From Mytilus edulis (taxonomy: Eukaryota): DNA of 64,000 bases. The notes beneath the pieces are model-generated. The model was not told the DNA's origin and did not search any database. It saw nothing but the letters and a program-made list of their open reading frames with translations. Below, piece by piece: positions 13,079-27,196 of the stretch. Numbering within the stretch: the first letter of the stretch is position 1; each line of letters starts with the position of its first letter. The stretch covers positions 67,456,001-67,520,000 of the forward strand of contig NC_092356.1 in assembly GCF_963676685.1 (NCBI RefSeq), in the 5' to 3' direction. A program made the position numbers and the translations under genes.

Positions 13079-13930
13079 GATGTACAAATCTAAACAAAAG
13101 GAATGGTTGTTATTGGTATACAGCTGAACTCCAAGAATTTCTGTTATTTGTATAGAACTATTATACAAATGCTATACTGAAATAAACATGTTTTTTGTGT
13201 GAATTTTGATTAAGCCTATGTATCACAACATCTGAAATAAATATATAACAGTAAACTACAATTATTAAATTGACAATGCATATAAATGCAATGCATTAAA
13301 AAAAAGATATTACTTGCAGCTATACATCAATTTTACAGTGTTCATATTTTACAGTGACAAATAAGTTGAAATTGAACTACTTACAACATGGTCGTACGAT
13401 GACTCTGTAGTTGTGGTCCACTCCGTTTCATATTCCCACTTAACTTAAGCAAAAAATAAGGGGTAATATAAATAATGATATTTGGCATGTTGTTGTACAT
13501 ATATACGAAATATAACATCTCATTAATGGATATTAGTTGGTCAACCCCTTAGTCATGGTCTTTTGACAATGTATTTTTGAGTCTAGGTCGCCTGTTTAAA
13601 TACATGGAACCTAGCCTCTAGTAACAAGGTAAGTTACGATTAAAAAAAAAATAGTCAAATATCAAATGCATATTAATACTTTGGTGAATTTTGATTTACG
13701 TTGTCATATTCTTTCATGCATTTTCATATACATAAATATCATATGAATTTATTCAACAATGCGACAACCCATCGCCAAAAATAATTAAAAGATATATTAT
13801 AAGTATAGTTCAATATACAGGTTAATCAATAAAAAATATATAAAAAAAGTGCAAACTGTTATTGAAAAAAAAATTCATGTATTTGTAGAATGATATATAT
13901 TATATATTTAACACACATTATTTTAGTTGA

Positions 13931-14097
13931 GAAATAATTGATGCAAGCTAAACTTTATTGTAGTTTTAACATGGGTAGGCATTATATCAAATTCGTGATT
14001 ATTTTGCCCGAGCGATAGTGTGAGCTACAATAACACGAATATAATGTTTACCCATTTTAAAACTACAATAAAGTATAGCTTGTATCAATTATTTCGA
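13931..14097. repeat. Long imperfect palindrome (hairpin-type non-autonomous element)
   Basis: GAAATAATTGATGCAAGCT...ACTTTATTGTAGTTTTAA...ATGGGTA is mirrored by TACCCAT...TTAAAACTACAATAAAGT...AGCTTGTATCAATTATTTC. Confidence 0.75.
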
Positions 14098-15074
14098 TGA
14101 TTCTGACTAGGACACTTAAGGTACCTTTTATGTCCGATGTGAAGAGCGTATGTGTAGTCTATTCCAGGAACTTTTTTTTTTTTGGTAAACAAGCAAACGA
14201 CTGGCAATATGATTGTTCAAAGGGAGGAGTTTGAACAGCCGGCATGAACGGTTGTCGTATCTAGGTCACAAATGTCAATTTCGAATTGCAACCCATTACA
14301 ATGATGATAAATAAATTAGTAACAACAAGTGCATTAATTATGAGTTTGGAAGTGTTTTAAGTTAATGCATATATTTAATGCATGCCAATTTGATTAAAAT
14401 TCATTATTCTGCAGTAGTCAATATCCGCATGTGCAAACACATTTTATTGGATTTAATGGGTTTATCCACATCGCAGAAGAAACACGTCATGTTAGAATAG
14501 TACGTTGTACATGCCATTTCATGAAGCCTAGATTTAATTGCTGCTAGTCTGTATAAGGACGACATCAATTAGTGACGCTAATGCTATTAAGACATGTATT
14601 GGATAACTACAAAAGAGACGTCTATTAGAGGGATATATGATTGGTCTTAGAAGTTGACGTCGACTCAAGGAATGAATGTCGATAAGAAACGCACAAGAGA
14701 CCGGATATCCATCGGAGCGACTATAAATAATTCGTTCATGACGAAATTCCTCAAATCTGAGTCTATGGTCATTTTGTCTAAATCTACACAATGTTTATGT
14801 TGGTTTTCATATACACAAAACCGATTATAAAGCGACTATAAGTAATTCGTTGGGTATTATTATTAACAAAATTTTCAAATTCAAAGTTGAGTGTGAAATT
14901 AAAATCGTTTTTTTATTCATTTGCTGTGCTCACCATTAGACATGGAATTTCTTGTGCCTTTCCATATCTTGACCAAATCTAATTTGAAGCAAATTTTATA
15001 GCATCATCTTAAATTTGTTTTCGTTATATTTTAGCAAATGAAGACATAAAATATCAATTTCTCGGAAAACAATG

Positions 15075-18000
15075 TATCCTTCAACCCCCCAAGTTCGTCC
15101 CACCCGCAAGTTCGTCCACCATCATTGTTTTCATTTATCGCGCATGCGGAAGACCCGTGACGTCACTTACCAGCTGATCAGCGTTCTATATATAGTAAAG
15201 AACAACGTGGAAAAGTGAAACCAAAACATGAGATTGAAACAGGTAAATAATCATAAAAATAAAAAAATCTTTGTCAACACCGCCATTTTTACTAATTCCC
15301 TTTTCTATCTTTCTTTAAATGGATTTTTTAATAGTAAAACACAGGGGAAATCCCTTCTAAACTGAGTTGCCGATTTGTTTACATTCCAGTGATCATGACT
15401 GATGACCTATAAAAGTATGTCAGGCCAAGCATACGTAAAAATCGTATCTTACAAATATGGAAATTTTAATGAATTTTTTGCACAGATTATGAAAAATTCG
15501 GGAAAAATGATGAATTATCGCTATAAAATGGCTTCTACTGCCGAATGTGATTTTTTCCACAGCATCACGGTTGCTAAAAAAGCTAAGGCTTTGTCATTTC
15601 CAGACCAATATTTACAATAAAGGGCTCAAAATCTAGCTGAGACTTTACACTTTACATACAAAGAAATAGATATACACACATACACAATGCTACAACAAAA
15701 AATACAGCAATAAACAAAAGACATCTCATTACATTTCAGGCTAAACCTACCTTCCTCAGACATGATAAAAAGTACAGGTTGTACAGTCCCACGGCTTTGA
15801 CAAATGCATACATATCAGTAAGGAATAATGAAATGTCACAAAGAAAAGCAGCTCTTCAATTTAATGTCCCAAGGCAAACTCTACGTGATAGAATCACTGG
15901 CAAAATAAGTCCAGATTGTGTCACCACTGGAAGGGCACCTGTCTTTTCGCTTGAAGAGGAGGCACGCATTGTGGAACATGTAAAGTCCATGGCTTCATAT
16001 GGATATGGGTACACTAGACAAGAAGTTACAGATCTAGCTACTGATTTTGCCTACACAATCAAAATAAAACCAAGGAGTGAAGAATTTACCTTGAGATGGT
16101 TTGAGGGTTTCATAAAAAGATGGCCAGAACTTAGAGTGGTGAAACCTAGAAGTTTGGAGATTCTTCGTGCAAAATGTGGTTCTGTTGCTAATGTTGAAAA
16201 ATACTTTGCAAGCTTAACGGAAGTCGTCCTAAAATACAATCTTCAAGATAAACCACATCTCATATTTAATGTTGATGAGAAGGGTATAACACTGAATCAC
16301 AAACCACCTAATGTTGTATCTGGAATTGAATGTACCACATCATCAGTAACATCTGGAAGGTCTAGTACTACCACCATACTTGGATGTGGCAGTGCCTCAG
16401 GATTTGCTGTTCCTCCGTATTTTGTTTTTGAAGGGAAAAGATTGAATAATGAATTGATGAAAGGTGCAACACCTGGTGCTGTTGGTGCAGTATCAGACTC
16501 AGGATGGTCCAATACCAACATATTCAGACAATATTTAACAGATCATTTTCTTAAATACATCCCTGGTAGAAACAATGAAAACGTACTTCTTCTCCTCGAC
16601 GGACATAAATCACATGTAGCAGTTGATATAATTGAATGGGCACAGGAACATCACATCATCATTCACGTCCTACCAGCTCATACCTCACATATTTTACAAC
16701 CTTTGGATGTTGGATGTTATGGGCCGTTGCAGCGTATTTACGATAATGAATGTCACAAAACCATACGTAAAAACTCCTCAGTAATAACCAAATATAATAT
16801 ATGTGAACTAGCCTGCAAAGCATACCAGAAAGCACTGTGCCCAGAAAACCTTCAGTCGGCATTTAGAAAGACTGGAATATACCCCTTGGATAAGACTGTC
16901 ATTAACCAAGATCAACTGAAACCATCAGAGGTATTTACAAGAAATGAGGAATGTAAAGAAACTACAGAAACTACAGATGAACCAAAAACAGATGAGATCC
17001 AAATGCAAGAAGTCGAATTAGTCGAAGTTGATATGAAAAGAGAAGTAACAGAAGCTGTTGAAAGTGCTGTGACTGTGACTGATGTTGTTGAAGATATGCA
17101 AGACCATGATACTGATGTACCACACTTCTTTGCGGAACGAATAAACAAACTAAAAAAAATGAAGTCCGAAAATGACAAGAAAGAAAGAAAAACACTTGGA
17201 AAGATTGTCTCTGGTATGCCAATAACTGAAAGTGAGGTAGCAGAAAAGGTTAAACAGCACGTTGAAAACCAAGGAAAAAATAAACCAAGCAACCAGAGTT
17301 GTAAGAAAACTGGAAAACAAATTAAAAAGAATACGTCCACTTCTGCTTCATCACTTACATCAGGACCTAGCCACACTAAACTTGGACCTAGCAACATAAC
17401 TAATAAACCAGGACCTAGTCACAAGTCTCCAAAACCAGGACCTAGTCACATAAACATTGATGATTCCATGGACTTCAGCGATACAGACGATGAAGAAATT
17501 CCAGAAGTCGAATTATGCTGTGTGTGTAAACAGTTTACCCCAAAACAAATTAGACTTGGGGTTGGTGTTGAACTTACCAAATGGGTGCAGTGTGACAATT
17601 ATAGGTGCATGCACTGGACACATCTGAAATATTGTACAGAATTGAGGGTTGTGAGGAGAAATACCCAGTTTTACTGCATGCATTGCAAGGACATGGAATA
17701 GACAATTTTGCCAAATTTTCTTGTTATAATTACTTGTTGAAAATTTTATTGTTAATTATTTAATTTTTGTTGATTTTTTTCAATACTTACCCTTTAAAAT
17801 TAACTTTGAACAAAAAATGCGAAAATGCAATGTGTTTGGCCTAACCTGTGTGACGTAACGAGGTTGTACATCCGGTGGACGAACTTGAGGGGCGAAAGTA
17901 GAACAGGCATTGATTTCAAGTAAGTGTTCACTTTTGCATTTCCGTTATACTACGGTCTTCTGTTGATTCTTTTTCATGCCAAAGATTATAATTTTATTAA

Positions 18001-18098
18001 ATCTTTATTACTGCAAATTATCGGGAATATACAGGAAACGTATCTGAAAATGCACCGCGATATTCGTTAGGTGGACGAACTTTGGGGAGTGGAGGATA
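15075..18098 (+). mobile_element. Full-length pogo-superfamily DNA transposon (DD35D, Fot1/Passer-like)
   Basis: Imperfect TIRs TATCCTTCAACCCCCCAAGTTCGTCC / GGACGAACTTTGGGGAGTGGAGGATA bounded by TA. Inner copies of AAGTTCGTCCACC at 15108 and (inverted) at 17874. Confidence 0.9.
15228..17701 (+). CDS. Pogo-like transposase (HTH-psq, CENP-B HTH, DDE_1, C-terminal PHD-type finger); predicted exons 15228-15242 and 15740-17701
   Basis: MSQRKAALQFNVPRQTLRDR, WFEGFIKRW, FNVDEKG, LLLLDGHKSH, LQPLDVG (35 aa between D2 and D3), CxxC...WVQCD...C..W.H..C...YCxxC. ATG exon MRLKQ|gtaaat splices in frame to catttcag|GCT. Confidence 0.9.
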
Positions 18099-19899
18099 TG
18101 TGTATTCTACCAGGTAACATTCTCCCCTGTTTGATATCTTCTTAAAGCTTTTTTCAATTGCTTTATAGTTGAGTTAAGGTTATAAATAATAATAAAAATT
18201 CAAAAGGAAAGTCCCTAATCATATGGGAAGCAGTAGCTCAAACACACCAAACGAATGAAAAGCAACTGTCATGTTCCTGACGTGGGGGCTTGTATTTCCT
18301 TATATATACAATGGTGGATTAAACCTGAATTTATCGCTAGCTCACTTCTCATTTTTATGACTGTAAATTGACCACTTTCAAGTTATGTCCCTCACCGGAA
18401 AAGTTCGTAAATTTTGTGCATCTTTGTTTAACAAGCGTCTTTTGATCGTCTTTGTGCAGGATAAACAAGAACAACTATTTTTGTCGTTAGTACTTAAATA
18501 TGAAAAAGAAGATGTGGTATGATTGCCTATGAACCAATACTCTAAGAGACAAAATGACACAGAAACTAACAATTATTGGCCACCGTACGACTATCCTCAA
18601 CTATATATAATACACCGAATTGACAATTTAAAACAATTCAAACGAGAAAACTAACCGTCTTATTTATGTAACACAAATATGTAACACACAAACAAACGAC
18701 AACCACTGAATTACAGGCTCCTGATTTGGGACAGGCACATACATACAGAATGTGGCGGGGATAAACATGCTAGCTAGATCCCAACCTTCCCCTTAACCAG
18801 GGACAGTGGTGTTACAGTACTTCGTTAACATAATAACGAACTATAAAATTCAGTTTAACAAGGCTTAACTCATCAGATGGATAAAAATTCAAATAATAAA
18901 AAACCTAGTGGACGTGGCCAGGTACTTATACATCCAACAACAAAAAGACACTAAGTATAGATCTGAGAGTACTCCCAGTTACTGGCAGCTAGTTCAAAGC
19001 CAATACCAACTAAAAAGAAATCATGCATCTATGACTAAATTATCAACCAGTACACAGCCAATATCCAATGAATTTAGTGTAAGGACGTCATAAACAGTCA
19101 CAGAAAACACGACCTTGTGCAATGCCAAGATACAGGAGACCATAGATTGTATATGAATGAATGTGTATATGTATGTAACAATAATATTTAGTTTGCTTTT
19201 GATTTACGTATATCAAAATCAGTATTAATACCAATAAAACAATGTTCAATGATCTTATTACAGTGTTGAATTGGTAACCTTTTATAATAAGTTTATTTAA
19301 AGGATCGATAAGCTTACCAGGATTGATTCTTAATTTCCGAGCACGGTAAATAACATTTCCTTAAAAATGAGGATGTTCTATCCGTTTGAAATAAGTGTTG
19401 TTGAATGTATCAATTAATTTAGACGGGTCTTTAATGAGTTTTTTTTCACAAACTGTGATTCATAACAGTACAAAAACTAGTGGGCTAGTAATGGGCACAA
19501 TTAGTGCCCATTGAAATACCTACAATATGCCGATAAATTTTGTTGCCGAATCGTACATAAATATTATCAAGGGAAAAATTAACAGCTTCAATCGTCTTAT
19601 CACACCTCCATTAAGTATATCTATCATAATTACAATTCTCATTAGAGAAGAAGGCTTTAAATGGGTTACAGTAAATATTTTGCATTCAGATTTACCAAAC
19701 TACCATCTAATTAAAAAGGAACACTTTTGTTTAATAAGAATGTGTGGAAGTGTAGTGTAAAGAGTAGACATTTCAAAACGTGCAACATAATCAGAAGGAC
19801 TATCGAAAGCACGTAATCTATCTAAAACATCCAAAGATTTTTTTAAACTCCAAAACTAATTACTTCCACTATTTTTATATATTTTATTACAGTAGTTTA

Positions 19900-21334
19900 T
19901 GATAACAACGTAGTCATGGGCAAAAACATTACCATCGGCCTAATGTAAAAAAGTCTTCCAAATCTAGATCACCCTCTGGGAGCTTTGGTGACCTTCTTTC
20001 ACATCTTCATCATCCACTAGGGTTACATTACATAAGAAATATTCTCTTTTCACTGCCAGTTAATTTTCTAAAACGGTTGAGAGATTATGCACTTGACAAA
20101 GGAGGCACCAATACATTTTCTGCAATATACAGACTAGTCAGTATTATTTGTGCTGTAGCTCTTTTCCGTCTTTTCAAACCAGTAAGATCGGAACCTTTAC
20201 ATGAGGAAAAGAGGAAATTCTTTCCTGTTGATTTTGCCAATAGAGAATTTGATGCCATCAATATCTGCAACGTACTGCATCACAAGAAGGTAACATCTAA
20301 AATTCCTATTTATTTTCAAAATCAGTCTGTTCCTATTGTATCCTACAGTTACACCAACACCATTGCACCTAAAATATTTAACTATAAACAAGCATTGCAG
20401 TACCTTGACTTAGAACAATACCTAAAAAAAACCTCCGACATGTGACTGTTCCCACTCGCCTTATAATTACAGCCCCTCTGGTCATGTTATAACTGGGGAT
20501 CTAAACATAATACAACATGAAAATCTTCGAAAGGTGATTTCTCATGGCCCTAAGTTTAGAGAACCCAAACACATCAATTGGAACCATAACTTCAAAATAA
20601 TTATTGATTCAATTGAGGACTATGCCAGAGCATGGGCTAAGCGAGAAGAAGTTGAACTTGACACTTTGTCAAAATGGGTTAAAACTATCAGGTCTCTGAT
20701 AAAACGTCGCATTCAAAAGTTGAAAAACTGTGTGAACGATTGACCAAAGTTCGTTTTCAGAGACAAAGAGGCCATGCAATGTCTATCATCTCTTCATGAT
20801 AAGTATGTTGTTGTTCCTGCGGACAAAGCTTCAAATAAAATTGTCTTTGTAAGTAAATCTTATTACTACGAATGTCTTGTAAAAGAATTGGGTATAAAGG
20901 AGCACTCAGGTAATCCCACATACAAAGACATATCATTTGACAAGAATGAGATTTTAGGAAATCATAAGTCCTTCATGGTTTAAATGAACATTACATTGAA
21001 CACCAAATCGGAGGACTTACCTTGTTTGTATTGGATACCAAAGCTTCATAAAATTTCGTACAAACAACGGTATATTGCTGGCTCATCTTCATGTTCCACA
21101 AAAAAATTGTCCATTATATTGACTAGAATTTTATCCGCGGTGAAAGAGGGTCTTCGGAAAAACTGTGAAACTGTTTACTTGCGTAGTGGTATTAACCATA
21201 TGTTGATTCTAAAATTCTAAAGAACTTCTAGACAATTTTAAATCTCGGTCTTTTTCTGAAATTAGTTCTATCAAAACTTTTGATTTTTCAACTCTGTATA
21301 CCACCATTCCCCATGTGAAATAGATAAATCGTAT
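19900..21334 (+). mobile_element. Penelope-like retroelement (probably Naiad/Chlamys type), degenerate, part 5' of the BEL insertion
   Basis: GHVITGDL, GPKFREP, VVVPADKASN, LYWIPKLHK, RYIAGSSSCST, FDFSTLYTTIPH, with several stops and frameshifts. The 5' boundary is approximate. Confidence 0.85.
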
Positions 21335-24300
21335 TGTTGAGAATAGTTCGAAGTTATAACGTTACGTTTCCCGTATTTACGTTCACATGTTTGTGACGTT
21401 GCTTACACCTTGTATGGGCTTCGCCATTGTAAATATTATACGCAAAGTAAACACAACGCAAAGTACATATACGACTTATTTAGTTTATTCCACACATTTA
21501 TGGTGCCGTAACCATTGGATAAGATGGACAGCAAGCCAAAAGCAGTCAGAGCTGGTCACAAAAGTGCAGTAAAGAGACTTTTACGGAAAACGGAAGATGA
21601 TTCAAACTTGGACAATGAAGAAAGTGCTGAACTTTTAGAAACATTAATTCAAAACAGAAAATTATTAGTGCATTGGACGAAGATATTATGAATTCTTTAA
21701 AGGAGGAGGACATCGAGGAAGAAATTCTAAATGCAGATGAGTACAAATTCTTTTTGAACACCAAAATACGACATTTACGGAAAACATTCGCAAACAAATT
21801 ATGTACTGATAATGATATCCCACCGCATGATCACGGATTACCTTCTCACACTTTTGAAAACATTAATCAACACAGTTCTGTTCCGTACACAACACAAATG
21901 TATCCCGTTCAGCAACCTAGCAACCAAAATCACCATTTGCCGAAACTTACACTACCCATGTTTAACGGAGAAATTCTGACTTGGCAAACATTTTGGGACT
22001 CTTTTGAATCTTCCGTCCATTACAATGTAACACTCACAGACGTACAGAAATTTAGTTATTTAAAATCCCAGCTTGTTAATGATGCTGCAAGAACTATTGA
22101 CGGGTTACCGCTCACAAACTCAAATTACATGGAAGCTATTAAACTTTTAAAGGAGCGTTTCGGACAATCGCATAAGATTACAAATGCTTATATGCAAGCT
22201 ATGCTAGAACTTAGAGCACCACAAAACAACCTACTCAGTCTAAGGGGTTATTACGACAAGTTAGAGGCATACATAAGAGGTCTTGAATCGTTAGGCCGCT
22301 CCGGAGAATCTTATGGTGCATTACTTATTCCGATAATACTGAACAAGCTTCCGTCAGAAATACGGCAACACTTAGCTCGTGAAAACGGTTCCGATAATTG
22401 GGAATTGATTGATTTGAGACGTGGATTTTGAAAGAAATCACTATAATTGAAGCTGGACAACGCTCGTCGTCGTTTATGGATTCAATGCAGCCTACTGCAA
22501 TGACCGCATCGTTTTTGACAAGCGCTAATAGAAAAGGTACACCGAGTAAAGAAATTACATTCGATAACCGTGAGAGACAAACACAAAATATTCGACAAAA
22601 ACCTTGCATATTCTGCCAGAATTTACATGACCCTGCAAAATGCCCAAATGTTACAGATAACGACACACGCCTATCAATCGTCAAAGAAAAGAAGTTATGT
22701 TTTAACTGCTTAGGATCACACCGTTCCGTAGATTGTAAATCGAAATTTCGCTGCCGCCAGTGCCATAAAAAGCACCACACAAGTCTCTGCCATGAAAATA
22801 CATGTACTAATGATAAGCAAACGTCAGTAAATGCCGTCGTTGATGATAGCGAAAATACATTGATCGCCGCAAGTTTTCATTCGTCTGAAGAAAAATTCCG
22901 TTCGAACGTGCTTCTAAAAACTGCCGTTGCACCAGTTGGGGGAAATCGATATATTGATACGCACATTTTGTTTGATGAAGGAGCACAGCGCTCTTTTGTT
23001 ACCGAGGAGTTAGCGTCGAAAATAGATTTAGAAATACTAGGAACAGAAACCATACATTTATCGGCATTTGGAAGTACCGACAGCAAAGTCCGTCATTTGT
23101 CAAGAGCACGCGTATACGTAGAGTCGATAAATAGAACGAAAATTCCAGTTGAGGTTCTAGTAGTACCGAACATCGCCAGCCCGTTAAGCAATTACATCGG
23201 TAATGGCATACGAGAATTCAAGTACCTGAAAGGATTACGTTTAGCTCATCCGTTTACAGAAGACAACTCTTCTTTTGAAATTTCCTTGCTCATCGGAGCT
23301 GATTTCTATTGGGATTTCGTAGAGGATACAATATTAAGAGGAAATGGTCCAACCGCCGTAAAATCCAAACTTGGTTATTTGTTGTCTGGTCCAATTCCGA
23401 CGTCTAATCGTCAACAGAGTAATGTAGGTTTGTACAACATATTGACATCGCACAAACCAGAGGAGTTCATGAATTTAGAAAGATTTTGGAAATTAGAGTC
23501 GTTAGGAATAGATAGCAACACGACAGATGTTGAAACGGTAGACTATATGGGAACATATCAAAAGTCAGCAATCGAATTTCGAGAAAATAAGTACATAGCA
23601 AAGTTGCCATGGAAACCAGATCATGAACCCTTGCCTACCAACTTCTTCGTTACGAAACGAAGAACTGAAAACGTCATTCGAAAATTAAGTCAAGATCCCA
23701 AAATGCTTAAGGTATATGGACAGATAATCAATGATCAAGAACGCAGAGGATTTATTGAGAAGGTTAAGGATCCCGATATTAGTAAAGGTATTGTACATTA
23801 TATCCCACACCATCCGGTTAAAAAAGATTCAACAACTACACCAATAAGGATAGTTTACGATTGTAGCTGCCGACAGTCATCCCAGTTTCCGAGTCTTAAT
23901 GATTGCTTAATGAACACACCCCCGATTTTAAACGACCTTACAAAGATTTTAATCAGATTTCGATTGAACCCGGTTGCCATAGTAACTGACATTGAGAAGG
24001 CATTTTTACATGTCGGACTGCACGAACAGGACCGTGATGTCACACGATTTTTATGGTTAGATAACCCTGTTGATCCACAAAGCGATTTAGCGACATATAG
24101 GTTCAAGTCTGTACTATTTGGAGCGACGTGTTCGCCGTTTATCTTAAACGCTGTCCTGCTAAAACACTTACAGCAAACAGAAAATGAAACAACTAAAATA
24201 CTGACAAGGGATTTATATGTTGACAACATTTTATCTAGCATTTGCAATGAAACTCAAGCCGTAACTTATTTCAAAGAAGCGCGACAATTAATGTTAAATG

Positions 24301-27196
24301 CAGGATTTAATCTTCGCTCATGGACCTCAAACAACGAAAATGTGAGAAATCTAGCTATCAAGGAGGACGTGTTAGATACCGACAAAGAAGCAAAAATATT
24401 GGGAATGCGTTGGAATGTCGAAACGGATGAATTATCTTACGCAAAACGAGTTTTACCGTCTGTATCGTCAAATATTACAAAACGAGAAATTCTGAAAGAA
24501 TCTTCAAAGTTATTTGACCCACTAGGATTTTTAAGCCCAGTTAGTATCCGAGCAAAGATTTGATGCAAGATTTGTGGAAAGAACGCTATGATTGGGACGA
24601 ACCCCTACCTGAAAATCTACAGTTACAATGGAAGGATCTGGCAAAAGACATAGGAATCGTTACAAGTATGAAATTGCCTAGACAATACTTTACCGGAAAT
24701 ACAAACTCAAGATCACTACATGTATTTGTCGACGCAAGCATGAAAGCGTATGGAGCGGTAGCATACATATATCTATCGAAAGGACATAGTGCCGCATTAG
24801 TGATGGCAAAAACACGAGTTGCACCCGTTAAAAAGCTGACATTGCCACAATTGGAATTAATGGCCGCCGTAATAGGAGCTCGCCTGACACAACATCTTAA
24901 ATCTACTTTGGAATGTACAGATGTGACACTTTGGTCGGACAGCCAAATTGTACTTCAATGGTTAAATACGTCAAAACCGTTGAAACGCTTCGTATCGAAT
25001 CGAATTAAAGAGATTAATGAATTAACGGAAGAATGTAAATGGAAATACTGCCCGACAAATTGTAACCCTGCTGATTTGCTCACTCGTGGTATAACCGCAA
25101 AACAGTTTATGGAGAGCGTATTATGGAAAACAGGACCGACTTGCCTAATTCAAAATTCAACCAACTTGGAAAAACATATACCTATTAACACAGCTTTATC
25201 CGTATTAGCAGACGACAATGAGGAGACATTAGATGAAGAAAGCAACACTGACAAAAATGGTGATCTTCATTTTCGAATTGACAAAATTATAAATGCTTAT
25301 AGGTATGGATCTTACGAGAAACTTTTGCGAGTGACAACTTATGTCCAACGTTTTATTCAAAATTGTAAGACAACTAAGTCTATGAGAAACACTGGGGAAT
25401 TACAACCAGATGAATTACAGCAATCAACTATATTATGGATACGATGTTGCCAAGCGACGGCATACCCCGGTGAAGTACGCGCACTCACATTAAAAAATGC
25501 GCAAAAAACTAAACTTCCACGACTTCGACAACTTCAACTATATTTAGATGAAAACAATTTAATGAGATGTAAAGGTAGAATTCATAATGCGCCATTATCC
25601 GAATCAGCAAAACATCCTTATATTTTACCAGCAAATCACCGATTATCAGAGCTTATAGTGTTGAACTCACACGAACTAGTTATGCATTCTGGAGTTAATG
25701 CCACCGTTACACAAATCCGTCAAACATTCTGGATACCGTCTTTGCGCCAATTCACCCGAAAATTACTTCACAGATGTACAACTTGCAAAAAGGTCAACGG
25801 AAAACCGTACAGGGCACCAGACCCTCCACCATTACAGAAAATAAGACTTCAAGAAGCACCGCCTTTCACAGTTACAGGTATAGACTTTACAGCAGCGCTT
25901 CAAGTCAAGGAAAATGATGGTACATTGAAAAAAGTTTACATATGTTTATTTACGTGTGCGTCGACAAGAGCCGTGCATTTGGAGATAATACCAACAATGA
26001 ACGAAGAATCTTTTTTACTTGGATTTAGACGATTTACAAGTAGAAAATCATTACCGCAGATCGTTATGTCGGACAATGCGCTTTCTTTTATTTCAGCGTC
26101 ACAGGAGGTAAAACGGCTATGTGAGTCAAAGAAAATTGAAGAAGCTTTATCTTCTTTTGGAGTCGAATGGAGATTCATTCCGAAGCGTGCACCCTGGTTT
26201 GGAGGGTGGTGGGAGAGATTAATTGCACTTACAAAAACAAATTTGAAAAAGACACTAGGACGTGCGTTAATCAATTTGGATATGTTACAGACATTTGTTA
26301 CAGAAATAGAGAAAATTCTGAACGACCGACCACTAACATATGTTTCTACAGACATTATTGATAGTGAACCGTTAACACCCGCGCACCTGTTGTATGGACG
26401 CCGAGTTACAACATTACCGTATCCACGTACCGAAATGAACAACATTAACGAAACATATACATTGACTGCTTCAGATATTTCAAAACGTGCTCAAAGATTA
26501 TCTACACTTATCGAACATTTTTGGAACCGTTGGAAATTTGAGTACTTAACCTCACTTCGAGAATTTCATAAAAAGACTGGAGACAATAAGATTAACATTA
26601 GGAGATGTAGTTCAAGTGCATGACGATAAACCGCGAATTAAATGGAAAACAGCAGTAGTGGAGGAAGTTGTTACTGGTAACGATGGTTTAGTGCGTTCGG
26701 CGATAATCAGAATGAACAGTGGCCGAACTTCACGTCCGATCGTCAAACTCTATCCTCTAGAAATAAACGAAGTAACACCATCTGATGAATATATGGAAGA
26801 ACCAAACAACGAAGAAATACCGACAAGAACATTGCCCTTGCGGAAGGCATCAATTCGTGCAAAGGAAAGAATAAAATCATGTACTCGTTAAAGTTTAATT
26901 CAAATTCCTATTTTTGTGTTTTGAAGAGACAGTAATTCCTGCAAGTGTAAAATTAAATTTCTTTTCTTTATTGATGAACATTTAAAGTAATATTCTATTG
27001 TTTTATACATAAATACACTTTGCGGGCCCCAGTATGTTGAGAATAGTTCGAAGTTATAACGTTACGTTTCCCGTATTTACGTTCACACGTTTGTGACGTT
27101 GCTTACACCTTGTATGGGCTTCGCCATTGTAAATATTATACGCAAAGTAAACACAACGCAAAGTACATATACGACTTATTTAGTTTATTCCACACA
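21335..27196 (+). mobile_element. BEL/Pao LTR retrotransposon, structurally complete
   Basis: 162-bp TG...CA LTRs (21335-21496, 27035-27196) with 1 mismatch, 5-bp TSD CGTAT, PBS TGGTGCCGTAAC at 21501 (tRNA-His-like). Confidence 0.97.
21524..26891 (+). pseudogene. BEL gag-pol polyprotein broken by four frameshifts
   Basis: Gag LPKLTLPMFNG...FWDSF, three Cys/His knuckles, protease LFDEGAQRSF, RT DIEKAF...YVDN, RNase H VFVDAS, integrase H-H-C-C with GIDF, SDNA, GGWWER. Frame changes near 21653, 22428, 24560 and 26600. Confidence 0.92.

Noticed and set aside
14534-14791. 85-aa ORF in a block conserved between the arms
   Set aside because: The mirrored copy at about 61340-61440 has an in-frame stop, and no frame I tried stays open in both.
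20741-20743. In-frame TGA in the Penelope-like ORF as selenocysteine
   Set aside because: The copy has many other stops and frameshifts, CGA to TGA decay is simpler, and I identified no SECIS.
21387-21572. ORFs starting in the LTRs (also 27093-27554)
   Set aside because: Chance read-through of LTR sequence into flanking DNA.
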